From: an uncultured Rubripirellula sp.
GTDB lineage: Bacteria; Planctomycetota; Planctomycetia; Pirellulales; Pirellulaceae
NCBI GenBank assembly: GCA_938085445.1
Contig: CALKGR010000076.1
Location: forward strand, 25,921-89,920
DNA length: 64,000 bases
Direction: 5' to 3'
A program made the position numbers and the translations under genes. The notes beneath the pieces are model-generated. The model saw only the letters and a list, made by a program, of their open reading frames with translations. It was not told the DNA's origin and ran no database searches. Position 1 is the stretch's first letter; every line of letters starts with the position of its first letter. Of this stretch, positions 43,067 through 53,738 are shown one piece after another.

Positions 43067-46000
43067 ATGAACGCTGAACTACAGTCATTGATTGCTGGTT
43101 GGTACGAAGGCCGGTCTACATTGCATTCACAATCAAGTGAAGACGCCGGACCAGTCCAGCAGGGCCTGCAGCGACTCGGGGATCTCGTCGATCGGGGCCG
43201 CCGGGTTTTGAAATTCGCATTTTTGGCAACCGCCTGCTTCACTGTCGGTTGTAATTCGAATGACAACGCTGACACCAATTCTGGTAGTGATCAAAGAGAA
43301 AGTACCGTACTGCCAGGTGCTGGGTCAGGCGTTGATACAATGGAGAGGGAACGCGGCCAGAGATTGAAGGATGCTGAGGTCTCCTGGAAAAAGGGAGACC
43401 TGGCGATTGCCTCGCGGTTGGTGAAGCAACAGTTGTTGCGCACTCCCGACGATCCACCCACGCTTTTGTTAGCCGGGAAGATTGCTGCCGATCGTGGTGA
43501 GCAGATGATCGCTATCGAATTGGTCGCAGGAATTCCGTTGGAATCCAACCAGTTTATCGAGGCAACGCAGCTTTTGGTCAATTGGTATCTACGAGTGGGC
43601 CAATATCAAAAGGCAGTGATGCGATTGCAGGCCGGTTTCTCTGACGCAGGCTTGGCACCGGAGATAGAACTTGCGTTTGGACGTCAATTGTGGGCTTTGT
43701 TGAATCGGCTTGGGCGACGGCAGCAGGCATCAGTGGTTGCAGACCAATTGTGTCGCTCTGGTTACCTTGGCCGCGACATGCTCATCTCTTTGTTGCGGCG
43801 TGGAGATGCGTTTCCTCTTGTTTTGGGAAACGATACACCAAGCCAGCATTTTTATCCTGGCCTGGGAATGGCGCGATGGTTCTTTTCGCAGGATGAGTTT
43901 AGTCGCGCACTGGAAGTGCTGAACAGTGAGATCAGGCGAAGAGATGCTGCTGACCCCATTCAACATGCAGCGGCCGATGCTTTACAGGGACGATTACTTG
44001 CTGAATTGCAGCAGACGAACGAATTCGTGCGGTGGGCCAGAGAGTGTGGTCCTGAGGCTCGGAAATATAGTGACTACTGGATTGCACTCGGGATTCACTT
44101 TTTTGATCAGCAGCAGATCAAGGCATCCGCAGCCGCATTAATGGAAGGGGTTTATCTTGACCCAACCGATGACGATGGATGCCACCGATTGGCCCGCGTT
44201 TGGGTAGCGTTGGGACATGACAATGCAGCCGCTCTGATGCGTGAACATGCGATTCGTGTTGCGACCTTGAAGAACCTTGTGCGGCAGTTGTCACTAACAC
44301 AACCGCAGCCTGAATTGACTGCTGAATTACCAGAGCAGTTGATAAGTATCGCACGCCCATTCGAAGCTATCGGTTGGGCATTGATTGATTTGGGGCCGGG
44401 AAATGAAATCAAGCGTTCGGCGTTACTAAAGCAGCTCGCGAAGCTGCGGCAGGATCCCCAGGTCATTGGGATGAGTAGTGAGTACGCAATGATGGACATG
44501 ACTCGCACCGCGTATCCGAGCAAGGATGTTTTGAAGCAACTGCCAGAACTGAAAGGTGGTGATTTGAAATCGTCGCAACTCACGGTAGATCCGGTGACGC
44601 AGGGTGTTCAACGTTCATCGGCACCAAGTTTTGTTAACGTAGCCAGTGATCTTGGTCTGGGGTTTCAGTGGTATCCAAACCCGGATGCAAATCTTGCGTC
44701 GATTCCCATGCATGAAATGATGGGCGGTGGGATAGCTGTCTGCGACTTTGATTTAGATGGAAAGCCTGACATCTACTTCGCCCAGGGGTCGGGTGAGCCA
44801 CCTGATGTGAAGGGAGCAAGATCAAATCAATTGAATCGTAATATTGGAAAGCGTTTTGTTGACGTAACTGAGTTAAGTGGAACAGGTGATTTTGGCTATT
44901 CTTCAGGGATTGCTGCTGGTGATATTAATCAGGATGGCTTCCCGGATCTGTACATAGGATGTCTTGGTCACAATCGGTTGTTGATTAATAACGGTGATGG
45001 TACTTATCGGGATGCAACGTTAAGCCTTGGGGCTGTATCACCGCAGTTCACGAGTTCAGTCGCGATCGCTGATTTGACAGGTGATGGCTTGCCGGAGCTG
45101 TTTGAGTGTGTCTATGTCGAGATGGGAGATGGCTTTCGTTTGCCTGACCGGAATGCTGCTGGCGAAGAGTTACCTCCAAATCCGAATGATTTTTATGCTG
45201 AGGCTGATCGTTGGTACCTCAGTCGGGGTGATGGCAGGTTGGATTTGCAGGTTCTTGATCGACAAGCCATTCAACCGGGGACTGCTTTAGGGCTGGTGGT
45301 GACTGATATTGATGGTGATGGAGCGAATGATGTGTTTGTCGCGAATGATGCACGGCCCAATCATTTGCTAATGAAGTTTGCTAGTGGGCAGGTCTCGAAT
45401 GTTGCGGATCTGGTTGGTCTTGGATACGGCTTCCGTGGGTTCAGTAATTCTTGCATGGGTATCGCTACGGGTGACTTCAATCGAGACGGTCGGTTTGACC
45501 TGCATATCACTAACTTTTTAAACGAGTCCAATAACCTATTTCTTCAGGGAAAGGGTGGCCTCTTCAGTGATTATGCGACTCGTTTTCGCTTGAACCCTCT
45601 GTGTGAGCCTTACACTGGCTTCGGAATCAAAAAGATCGATCTTGATCGGAACGGTTGGCCGGATTTCGTCGTCACCAATGGACATGTGTTTGACCAAAGT
45701 TCCGACGGCACTGATTTTCAGATGTATCCGCAAGTACTTGTGAATGAAGGTACTCAGTTTCGAGCATCAGAGAAACTCGCTGATTATTTTGGCCATCAAT
45801 ACGTGGGCCGCTCGATGGCTACGATCGACTTTGACAGCGATCAGGACTTGGATCTCGTTGTGGGGCATCTCGATTCACCTATCGCATTATTGGAAAATCA
45901 GACCGTGAAGATCAACTCATGTCTGCAGATTGAGCTGATCGGTACGCAGACGGAACGGGAGGGTACGGGATGTCGAGTGGTGGTGAACTTCGGCGGGCAG

Positions 46001-46240
46001 CTCTTTACTGATTGGATGGTTGCTGGGGATGGTTACCTTTCCTCCGATGAGGCCGTGCTTGATTTCGGTATCGGGGATGCAAGGGGAGTCGGCACCGTCG
46101 AGGTGCATTGGCCATCAGGGGTGAAGCAAAAATTTGAGGGTATTGAGCCCGGCAAGCGTTATGTCGTTATCGAAGGCAATCCGGACATCTGGCATCGGGT
46201 GGAAATGGGGCCTCACCTCAGCCCGCGTAATGAGCGGTAG
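43067..46240 (+). CDS. TPR + FG-GAP repeat + ASPIC/UnbV (CRTAC1-like) protein, probable lipoprotein
   Basis: FTVGC lipobox; helical TPR-like N-terminal half; repeats DFDLDGKPD, DINQDGFPD, DLTGDGLPE, DIDGDGAND, DFNRDGRFD, DLDRNGWPD, DFDSDQDLD; C-terminal GDGYLSS...FG.G...VEVHWPSG; start uncertain. Confidence 0.9.
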   Translation: MNAELQSLIAGWYEGRSTLHSQSSEDAGPVQQGLQRLGDLVDRGRRVLKFAFLATACFTVGCNSNDNADTNSGSDQRESTVLPGAGSGVDTMERERGQRLKDAEVSWKKGDLAIASRLVKQQLLRTPDDPPTLLLAGKIAADRGEQMIAIELVAGIPLESNQFIEATQLLVNWYLRVGQYQKAVMRLQAGFSDAGLAPEIELAFGRQLWALLNRLGRRQQASVVADQLCRSGYLGRDMLISLLRRGDAFPLVLGNDTPSQHFYPGLGMARWFFSQDEFSRALEVLNSEIRRRDAADPIQHAAADALQGRLLAELQQTNEFVRWARECGPEARKYSDYWIALGIHFFDQQQIKASAAALMEGVYLDPTDDDGCHRLARVWVALGHDNAAALMREHAIRVATLKNLVRQLSLTQPQPELTAELPEQLISIARPFEAIGWALIDLGPGNEIKRSALLKQLAKLRQDPQVIGMSSEYAMMDMTRTAYPSKDVLKQLPELKGGDLKSSQLTVDPVTQGVQRSSAPSFVNVASDLGLGFQWYPNPDANLASIPMHEMMGGGIAVCDFDLDGKPDIYFAQGSGEPPDVKGARSNQLNRNIGKRFVDVTELSGTGDFGYSSGIAAGDINQDGFPDLYIGCLGHNRLLINNGDGTYRDATLSLGAVSPQFTSSVAIADLTGDGLPELFECVYVEMGDGFRLPDRNAAGEELPPNPNDFYAEADRWYLSRGDGRLDLQVLDRQAIQPGTALGLVVTDIDGDGANDVFVANDARPNHLLMKFASGQVSNVADLVGLGYGFRGFSNSCMGIATGDFNRDGRFDLHITNFLNESNNLFLQGKGGLFSDYATRFRLNPLCEPYTGFGIKKIDLDRNGWPDFVVTNGHVFDQSSDGTDFQMYPQVLVNEGTQFRASEKLADYFGHQYVGRSMATIDFDSDQDLDLVVGHLDSPIALLENQTVKINSCLQIELIGTQTEREGTGCRVVVNFGGQLFTDWMVAGDGYLSSDEAVLDFGIGDARGVGTVEVHWPSGVKQKFEGIEPGKRYVVIEGNPDIWHRVEMGPHLSPRNER

Positions 46241-46370
46241 CTGTTTTTTCTACCTTGGTTGAATTCCCCAGCCTTCATCTGCTATTTTCATAGCTGCGGG
46301 TCCGCTCTTGCAGGTGCCCTCTTTTGTCATCACTCAGTTCGGTTTGAAAATATTTAAAGGCGTTTTAGTA

Positions 46371-46562
46371 ATGAAAATTTCTGCATACTTCTTGATGTGC
46401 TTGTCTTTCTGTGCCCTCTCCTTCGCTGGTTGTGGCGGTAGTGGCGAGACGAAAGTCATCGAACCACCAGCGGTTGTTGAAGATGATTCGGCAATGGAGG
46501 GAATCGATGACGACGAATACAACAAAGCCATGGAAGAGTCCATGAATCAGCAGGGCGGTTGA
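46371..46562 (+). CDS. Small acidic lipoprotein (63 aa)
   Basis: MKISAYFLMCLSFCALSFAG-C lipobox followed by an acidic tail; the type commonly found beside DUF1559 genes. Confidence 0.75.
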   Translation: MKISAYFLMCLSFCALSFAGCGGSGETKVIEPPAVVEDDSAMEGIDDDEYNKAMEESMNQQGG

Positions 46563-47112
46563 GCTTGTGCATCCGCCACGGTAGGTGTCGGAATTTCAGC
46601 GGAGAGGGCGTTGATTGAGCATTGTTGAGAGACTCAATGCGCCATGGTGGCAGGGATGTTTATGTGCGTTAGCCACTGTCTGGATCAGAGTTGTAACCTT
46701 GGATTCCCCGATAACTTGGCAACGGTACTATCGCCTTAGGCTCTTCAACGCTTATTGCACACTCAAGGCTGAAATACGCCGAACGTAGGCTAGGGATTGG
46801 TTCATCGTTGAGCAGATGCTCTTTGTTGGCCAGTTTTCTGAACCTTTTCGGCTGCGAAACGAAGAAACGTCCATGCACGCGTTTCGGGGCTATATGAGGG
46901 GGTGGGAATGAGTGGGTTATTGCCCTTCGGGAGGTGATATGCACCCCTCTTGTGGGTGATTTGGCTAATTATCGCGATTACGCTCCCACTAGCGGCCTGA
47001 TTTTGTGCATAATTAGTCCGTACCGTCACAACTTCTGAGTGTGGGCTCATCGGGTCAGAATTTCTGCCTTGATTTGAGATTTATCATTTTTGTTCTTTTG
47101 GTGAGGTTTTGA

Positions 47113-48375
47113 ATGAATCGTTCTAGGAAACATCAACGGGGTTTTACGCTCGTTGAACTGCTAGTGGTGATTGCCATCATTGGCGTATTGGTAGGTTTGC
47201 TGTTGCCGGCCGTACAGGCGGCACGTGAGGCTGCCCGCCGCATGAGTTGCAGCAACAACTTCAAGCAAATCGGGTTGGCTGTTCATAACTACCACTCTGC
47301 TTACAAACAACTGCCAACGCATGGTTCGGGTACCGGAATTGGTCTGAACTCTCCTAACTGGTGGCAGCGAGGTAACGATGCCAGCAAAATGTGTCTGAGT
47401 GCTTTTGTTGGTTTGACACCATTCTTCGAGCAGCAGGCTCTCTGGGAAAAAATCTCGAATCCTATGGCTGAAACGGTCACTGGTGCGGCACCTCCGGGTA
47501 ACACTGGTTTGCCTGGGCAATGGCCAGCGATGGGCCCGAGTCCGCGAAACTTCTCAATTAATCCAGGGTACATTCCTTGGGCTACTGAGATCCCAACTCT
47601 TCGTTGTCCAAGCGATCCAGGTACGGGGCCACCTGCGTTGGGACGCACAAATTACGCCACTTGCATGGGCGACTCACCAAGTCCTTGGGCCAACAACTAC
47701 AAGCGTGGAAACCTCACCGCAGGTAGTAGTTGGGGGCACAGCGCTGCCAACTCGGTAAACCGAGGTATGTTCTATGCTCGTAAAGAGTCAAAGTTTCGTG
47801 ATACGCTAGACGGATTGTCAAACACTATCTTGATGGGTGAGATCAAGACCGACCTTGGTGATCGCGACATCCGATCTTCGATTTCATGGCGTGGACGTGG
47901 TAGTCAAGATGTGAATAACAATCCATCTTTCTGCCTTGATGCGAATGAGATTGATCCGGAACGTCCGAGTTACTGGTGTGCTCCTGGCTCAGCAAACTGC
48001 ACGCCGCCAGAGCGTTTGGTGCAGAATGGCAGCCGCGATTGCCGCGGTGGAAACTGGGCTAACTTTCGAGCGATTGTTACCCAGATGTACACCGTTTTGC
48101 CGCCCAACAAAGAAGTTTGTGTCGGTCAGTGGATCGATGGTCCCGGTACCTGCCCGCCAAGTAGTAATCACCAAGGTGGTGCTCATATCCTGATGGGTGA
48201 TGGCGCCGTTGTCTTCATGACTGACTCCGTTGAGGCCGGTGATCGCCGCGCTGGTGGTGTTCGGCTCGGGCAAACTGGAACCCGTGCCCCTGGATCACCT
48301 AGTCCGTACGGGCTTTGGGGAGCTCTCGGCACACGAGCCGGTAAAGAAACTATTGAAGAGCAACTGAATCAGTAG
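47113..48375 (+). CDS. DUF1559 protein with prepilin-type N-terminal methylation site and C-terminal H-X9-DG motif
   Basis: [40 protein letters not shown]; DGLSNTI; [14 protein letters not shown]. Confidence 0.95.
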   Translation: MNRSRKHQRGFTLVELLVVIAIIGVLVGLLLPAVQAAREAARRMSCSNNFKQIGLAVHNYHSAYKQLPTHGSGTGIGLNSPNWWQRGNDASKMCLSAFVGLTPFFEQQALWEKISNPMAETVTGAAPPGNTGLPGQWPAMGPSPRNFSINPGYIPWATEIPTLRCPSDPGTGPPALGRTNYATCMGDSPSPWANNYKRGNLTAGSSWGHSAANSVNRGMFYARKESKFRDTLDGLSNTILMGEIKTDLGDRDIRSSISWRGRGSQDVNNNPSFCLDANEIDPERPSYWCAPGSANCTPPERLVQNGSRDCRGGNWANFRAIVTQMYTVLPPNKEVCVGQWIDGPGTCPPSSNHQGGAHILMGDGAVVFMTDSVEAGDRRAGGVRLGQTGTRAPGSPSPYGLWGALGTRAGKETIEEQLNQ

Positions 48376-48402
48376 TGTTCGGCTTCACTTGCTAAACCAG
48401 AC

Positions 48403-48435
48403 ACCTCGCTCGTGTATCACGGGCGAGGTTTTTTT
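48403..48435 (+). terminator. Intrinsic terminator after the DUF1559 gene
   Basis: acctcgctcgtg-tat-cacgggcgaggt hairpin (one G-U pair) followed by a T run. Confidence 0.85.
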
Positions 48436-48573
48436 ATGCAACAAGCTGGGAGACTCAGACACCATTCATTAGGCGAGTCTTCGCGGACCGCGTTAGCAGT
48501 ACGGTCTGGCTCCAAGGACCGCGGGGCATCTCTTCACGCTTCTTGCCCGTGCATTACGAACAATGACTGATCC

Positions 48574-49737
48574 CTAGTCTTTGTGGATCCGAATCCAATG
48601 GTCATGGAACTTGATGCCCTGTTCCTGAGGCACGGTGGGCATGTGGCATTCAATACAGTTGGCCTCTGCTGAAACCGGGCAGATGGTATGTGAACTATCG
48701 CTGGTATCGTGGCATTGGATACATTTCTGCTCGTGCTTCTGTTGGCTTATGCCGTGGACTGATTGATGTGGGTCGTGGCAGGTGCTGCATTTCATTTCCC
48801 GGTTGGATGCCAGATAGCATTTGCTGCGGAGCATTCCGACTGGTTGAAATCGTGCCAGAGTCTCGGGGTAATCACGTAATTCCTGCTTGGTAATGCTTCG
48901 TGGTAAACGGTGGCAATCACCACAAAGTTGGATTTCTGATTCCGCGTCCCAGTCGGCAGCGCCTACGGAATAGGGTGGAGGATTTCTTAGTTCTCGAGCT
49001 TGGCGAACGTGTTCACTTCCAGGACCATGGCATTTCTCGCAATTGACGTTAGAGACGAGACGATCGATTCGTCCCTCTGTGAGGATGCCGGTTGTGGTGT
49101 GACAGTAGACGCAACGCTGAGTGATTTCACCGCTCGTAACGTCACCAAATTTTTCGAGGTCGCGTGCAGGTTTCTTTTCGCCGTGTCCGACGGTCATTCC
49201 GAGACGTTGGTCGGGATAGCAACTGACGCGATGTTCAATGCCTTCAGTCAAGCCGTCCGCAGTACGATTCAGTGTCAGGATGGTGCGGGCATTGTGACCT
49301 GAACCCAGAACGTACTGCAAAGGAATTTCTGAAGGATTTTCGGAGGTGGGTAAAGAGACTGTCACATGACCCGATTTGTCTTTTGAGTATTGGTAGGTAC
49401 CATACCCCTCGCCCCCGTCGAATGTTTGCTGATCAAAAATATCCGGCAGATTTGTTTGGGCGATTTCGGCAAAAGTCGAGGCATGGCCGTGCGCTGCATG
49501 TTGTTCAAAATTTTCGCGATGACATTCTGCACATTGCTGCCGTCCGACGTAGGTGGCGACTCTGGTACCCTGTTTGGCTCCAGCTCCTGTATCGGTTTGA
49601 CCCAAAGCTTTCGTGACGGCCTGAGTTGGCTCATCAGCCATCGCCAATTCACCCATTTGCTGGCGCACCGACAGGTAAAATACCCCTGCTGTTAGGAAGA
49701 CGCCAATCGAGATTGAAATGATTCGGGTGATGTTCAA
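48574..49737 (-). CDS. Heptaheme c-type cytochrome with N-terminal membrane anchor
   Basis: Seven CxxCH motifs (CAECH, CVYCH, CEKCH, CGDCH, CSTCH, CIQCH, CIECH); N-terminal hydrophobic segment; ends FHDHWIR. Confidence 0.9.
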   Translation of the reverse strand: MNITRIISISIGVFLTAGVFYLSVRQQMGELAMADEPTQAVTKALGQTDTGAGAKQGTRVATYVGRQQCAECHRENFEQHAAHGHASTFAEIAQTNLPDIFDQQTFDGGEGYGTYQYSKDKSGHVTVSLPTSENPSEIPLQYVLGSGHNARTILTLNRTADGLTEGIEHRVSCYPDQRLGMTVGHGEKKPARDLEKFGDVTSGEITQRCVYCHTTTGILTEGRIDRLVSNVNCEKCHGPGSEHVRQARELRNPPPYSVGAADWDAESEIQLCGDCHRLPRSITKQELRDYPETLARFQPVGMLRSKCYLASNREMKCSTCHDPHQSVHGISQQKHEQKCIQCHDTSDSSHTICPVSAEANCIECHMPTVPQEQGIKFHDHWIRIHKD

Positions 49738-50247
49738 ACCTTTTCTCCCTAATTGACAATTGAGCTAAGCTGACGCTGTTGTGATAAAGAAGCTTGCAGG
49801 CTGCAAAAAACGCAGCTAGCGATGACGAAGCCTTTGTTTCTGTCCACTGACTTCCCCGATCGATTTCCCCGATCGATTTCCTCGGCCGGCGTACTCATCA
49901 CTGATCTCCTACATGGTACCTTGATGTGCAAACCATGGTTAGGATTCCAGTAATGATAAATCCGGAAAACCAGTCAAGCGGTAACGAAATAATTTTCCTG
50001 CGGTGGTAAGGAAACGAAGCGAGCTTGAGAGACCTTGGCCAAACTAAGCAGGGGCCAGGATTCGGGTACCCGTATCTGAGAGCTGGAAATTTTGTGTGTT
50101 CCTCTGGACGCGACATGGGATTTTCGTGAATGTGCGAAATTATCTGGATAAATGGTGGCAGAATAACGAAACAGACGCGGTGCTGTGGCCGTAGCACTGC
50201 TGGAGGTAGTCGGGTCCTATGATGCAAAGTAGCGGGACAGGATAAAA

Positions 50248-51762
50248 ATGAACCAGCGGATCTCTAGCGTTTCAGGTAGTCTCGAACGGCATCAGCTGTC
50301 TCGCATGCTGTTCGCGCACGCGTTTGTGGTTTCGATCTTGTGCTTTGCGATATTTACGGGTTGCCAAAGGGAAGAGACGGAAGTCTTGCCAGCTAGAGCT
50401 CCAGATCAGAGCATTCCAGATCAGAGCAATCCAGAGCAGAGCACGGCCCTCGAGAAGCAATCCAATGCAGGTGGCCGCAGCAACGATGGTACGGCCGCTA
50501 CTGGCGAGCCCGGTGGCGTGAGTGGTCCATCAAATCACAAGCAGCCAGCGAGAGCAGTCGGCAGGGGGCAACGCTCAGCCGATCAGTTGCGTGAAGCAGC
50601 ACTGCAGGCCCTTGGTAACGGACAGGACGATTTGGCATTTGAATGCGTGAGGCAGGCGATTCGTATCGAGCCAGAAAATCCACAAATCGTTTTTCTGTTT
50701 GCAATGGTTCTTGGGGACCGCCATCGATACGCGGAGGCTATTCAACTGTTGCAGGAACTTTCCGCTCGGGAACCCACAACCCGTTTGCCGGCCCTGGGGC
50801 AGACGGCTGAGTGGATGGTTGAGTCAGGAAGGTATGACGAAGCCGAATTGCAGTTTCGAAGTGTTTTGACTGAAGTTCCGGATGCTTTGATGGTGCACCA
50901 TCGCTTGGGGCAATTGTTATTGCAGACGGGGCGCCGCACTGAGGCTGCCGTGCATTTCGACTTTCTTTCGCAATTCGGTGATTTGGATCATGAAGAATTG
51001 CGATCTCTTTTAATTCGAACACAGGCATTCCCGGGTGATGATGGTGTGACTCGGTTTGACCCGCTCAACAATTTGGCGATGTGTCGTCAGGAACTGGCTG
51101 ATGGAAAAACTGCTCAGGTTGTGGAAGTGTTTGTTGCCGCGGGTGATGCAAATTCTGATGCCGAACAGGCTCTCTTGGCTCGCCTGCTTGCGGAGCAACA
51201 TGAATTTGAAGACGTCCGGAAATGGATTGAAAACCTTGAAATGGCAAAAGCTGGCGCCGATGGATGGTTTGCCAAAGGGTGCCTTGCTCTGAACGATAGT
51301 GAGTTGAAAGTTGCTGTGGCATGTTTTTGCCAAACGCTTTTGTTGGATCAAACAGATGTTGATGCCTATCGGATGCTAAGCCGTACGTTGGAGCTAACTG
51401 GCGAACGCACAATTGCTGAGGCACTTGTAGCTAGGGCAGGCTTGGTAGAAGAGACCCGTCGACTAGGAGTTGAGCTTGTGGGCGATCGAGCGAAGGATCT
51501 TGAATTGATTCAGCAGTTGGCTCAGGCTTTGATGAAACTGAACCGACCCATGGAGGCGTTGGGTTGGCAGACGATCGGCCTTGTCCACGCTGTGGAGGCC
51601 GCAGTGATTACTGACACGCAAGCGCAGGCAACCTTCGAAACAATTGGACGGCAGCGCGAGCAACTCGTCAAATCAGAACGTCACAGGGTCAATCCGGAGT
51701 TCGTGCTCTGTGGATTAGGAGCAGAGGTGCTTGCTCCAATCACCAGGAAATCGACTGAATGA
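50248..51762 (+). CDS. TPR-like lipoprotein, paralogous to the N-terminal half of the 43067-46240 protein
   Basis: IFTGC lipobox; helical repeats; shared segments with 43067-46240 (LARLLAE/QGRLLAE; LDQTD/LDPTD; NRPMEALGW/ARPFEAIGW). Confidence 0.8.
   Translation: MNQRISSVSGSLERHQLSRMLFAHAFVVSILCFAIFTGCQREETEVLPARAPDQSIPDQSNPEQSTALEKQSNAGGRSNDGTAATGEPGGVSGPSNHKQPARAVGRGQRSADQLREAALQALGNGQDDLAFECVRQAIRIEPENPQIVFLFAMVLGDRHRYAEAIQLLQELSAREPTTRLPALGQTAEWMVESGRYDEAELQFRSVLTEVPDALMVHHRLGQLLLQTGRRTEAAVHFDFLSQFGDLDHEELRSLLIRTQAFPGDDGVTRFDPLNNLAMCRQELADGKTAQVVEVFVAAGDANSDAEQALLARLLAEQHEFEDVRKWIENLEMAKAGADGWFAKGCLALNDSELKVAVACFCQTLLLDQTDVDAYRMLSRTLELTGERTIAEALVARAGLVEETRRLGVELVGDRAKDLELIQQLAQALMKLNRPMEALGWQTIGLVHAVEAAVITDTQAQATFETIGRQREQLVKSERHRVNPEFVLCGLGAEVLAPITRKSTE
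50401..50442 (+). repeat. 15-bp in-frame tandem repeat (PDQSI/PDQSN/PEQS) x ~3
   Basis: ccagatcagagcatt ccagatcagagcaat ccagagcagagc. Confidence 0.9.
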
Positions 51763-52296
51763 TTAGTTGGATTCGCGAGGCGTATTGCAGGTTTCCTGAA
51801 ATTGTCCTTCGTTGGCTCTGTTCCGTGTTTGCCCGGGGCGTGCAGCCTTGCCATTGCACGTTAATGAGAGCAGGTTCTACACAAAAGTTCAAAAGTTCCG
51901 AAGGTCGAAGAAGCAGTGAGCAATTCTTTCAAAATGAACGGATTCCAAAATGAACGGGTGACGAATCACAGTCGACACCAAGCTCACTTGCCGGCTGGGT
52001 GACAATCTGAGTAAGCATTCCTTCGTCTCTATTCTGTACTTTTCGGGGTGCTGGTTCTCGGCTATCGGTGTAGCAATGGAAGCGTTGTGGCATTCGAATG
52101 GGGGCAACGGTGAGGTCATCGAGCGGTTGATGATATATCCGCCTGGTGCACCAAACAGTATTTTACTGCCGACTGGTGAGTGATCGTTGTTCAGCGGTAG
52201 TCGCCGCTTGCTGTCCAGCGTTGGTCGAGACTCAAAAGTGCTTGTCGCATTCGGTCGAGCAGCCTCGCCGATTCAGCCACTCGATGGACCAGAGAA

Positions 52297-53457
52297 TCAC
52301 TTCGTTTCAAGATGACCAAACAGTGACTCCCGTACATCTGGCTCTCGGATCTTCCATATCACTGCGTCAATGAAGTAATGGTGGATATTGATGCACATCA
52401 TTGTTGCAGTACCTAGCAGTAGCATGGTGCCGGTCTGGTCTACGAGATTCGTCCGCTCGAGTAATGTAGTCCATTCAAAAGCGATGTAGCCAATCACTAC
52501 GAGTGCCCCGTAGTAAATCAGCATGTGACCGTCACAATTCAGCATGCGGTGGCCGCCATGCGGGGATTGATGCTCATTGAGTTCTACTCGTACCGGGAAC
52601 ATCAAGTACTGCAACGCATGGAAAATTTGTAGCAGGAAAAATGCTTGAGGATAAACATCGACCATCACATACCAGCTGTAGGTTGCAACCCAAGGTAGCC
52701 ATACCGTTGCGGGAATTCGGCGTTTATGTTCCTGCGCAATTTGAAAAAATCCCCATATGCCAGCAAAAAACGACGCTAGAACGATGACACGGCACACTGA
52801 CATCAGAGCCTTGATCATGAATTCACCAGCTCGCTGCTGAGGAAACCATTGCTCCAGTAGTTCCATGGAAGCACAGGCCCATGTCAGGTGGTAAGCAAAC
52901 AATGACATGAAGCCAAAGCGAATCAATTTGCGCTGGAAGGGATTCATGCGAAACCCCGACAGGTAAGCAAAGCAAGCAGTCGTTCCCCATGCCTGCCCTA
53001 CGTAATGCCAGCCGAGAAATACTGGAGCTAAATATGTCAGGGCAAGCATCACCTTGGGTTGGGATACGGAAGATCCCGGTTCGTTGGATGTGTTCAGCGG
53101 ACCCCAATAGCATACGTAGCCAAGCAGAGTGACTGCCAAAATCGGTAACACTAGAGTGACAAATGGATGTCTGCGAAAGTTCTGATGTTTGCTGTAGAGA
53201 ATTCGATAGGAAGCAATGAAGTGCGGACTGTTAATCAATAAATCTGTCAACAGATACGTCGTGACAAAGCCAAGGGCCCAATTCATTTTTGATTCACTGA
53301 GTGAACCCCAGATGATGACCAGAATTGAGATGGTGAGTGAAAAGCCACCGCCTAGCAATGCGTCTACTCGACCCTCGATTAAGGGGTGAGTTGTAGAAAC
53401 AGGCTGTTGTTTGTTCTTGTTCACGCTGTGATTGCAATGCGGTCGGTTGTTTGACAC
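52297..53457 (-). CDS. Polytopic membrane protein with several His-containing motifs, function unknown
   Basis: Multiple hydrophobic segments; motifs SPHFIAS, GWHYVGQ, FHALQY, IHHYFID..IWK; start uncertain. Confidence 0.75.
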   Translation of the reverse strand: MSNNRPHCNHSVNKNKQQPVSTTHPLIEGRVDALLGGGFSLTISILVIIWGSLSESKMNWALGFVTTYLLTDLLINSPHFIASYRILYSKHQNFRRHPFVTLVLPILAVTLLGYVCYWGPLNTSNEPGSSVSQPKVMLALTYLAPVFLGWHYVGQAWGTTACFAYLSGFRMNPFQRKLIRFGFMSLFAYHLTWACASMELLEQWFPQQRAGEFMIKALMSVCRVIVLASFFAGIWGFFQIAQEHKRRIPATVWLPWVATYSWYVMVDVYPQAFFLLQIFHALQYLMFPVRVELNEHQSPHGGHRMLNCDGHMLIYYGALVVIGYIAFEWTTLLERTNLVDQTGTMLLLGTATMMCINIHHYFIDAVIWKIREPDVRESLFGHLETK

Positions 53458-53738
53458 GTCGTACCCACTACTGTACTGCTCTTGTTGAGTTTGCGCAACA
53501 GTCCTGGTTGTGCAAGATGCGGAATACGCTTCAATAAATCTTAGAAAAATGAAATCGCTTTTGTACGCGTTGTCCAGGGATCGGTCAGCATGTCCTCACC
53601 CCACTGGATGCCCGAATGAACTAGCTTTGTGCGGGGGGCTTTCTGGTGTCTTTTTGCAAGTAGCTTGTGTGCGGTGGATATTGATGATTTTGGTGACTTT
53701 TGTTTAAGCGATTTATTCACCTTGTCCTCTAAGTTTGA

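Noticed and set aside
51763-52296. Short ORFs between the TPR gene and the membrane-protein gene as a pseudogene
   Set aside because: Translations in the frames examined showed no recognisable family similarity.
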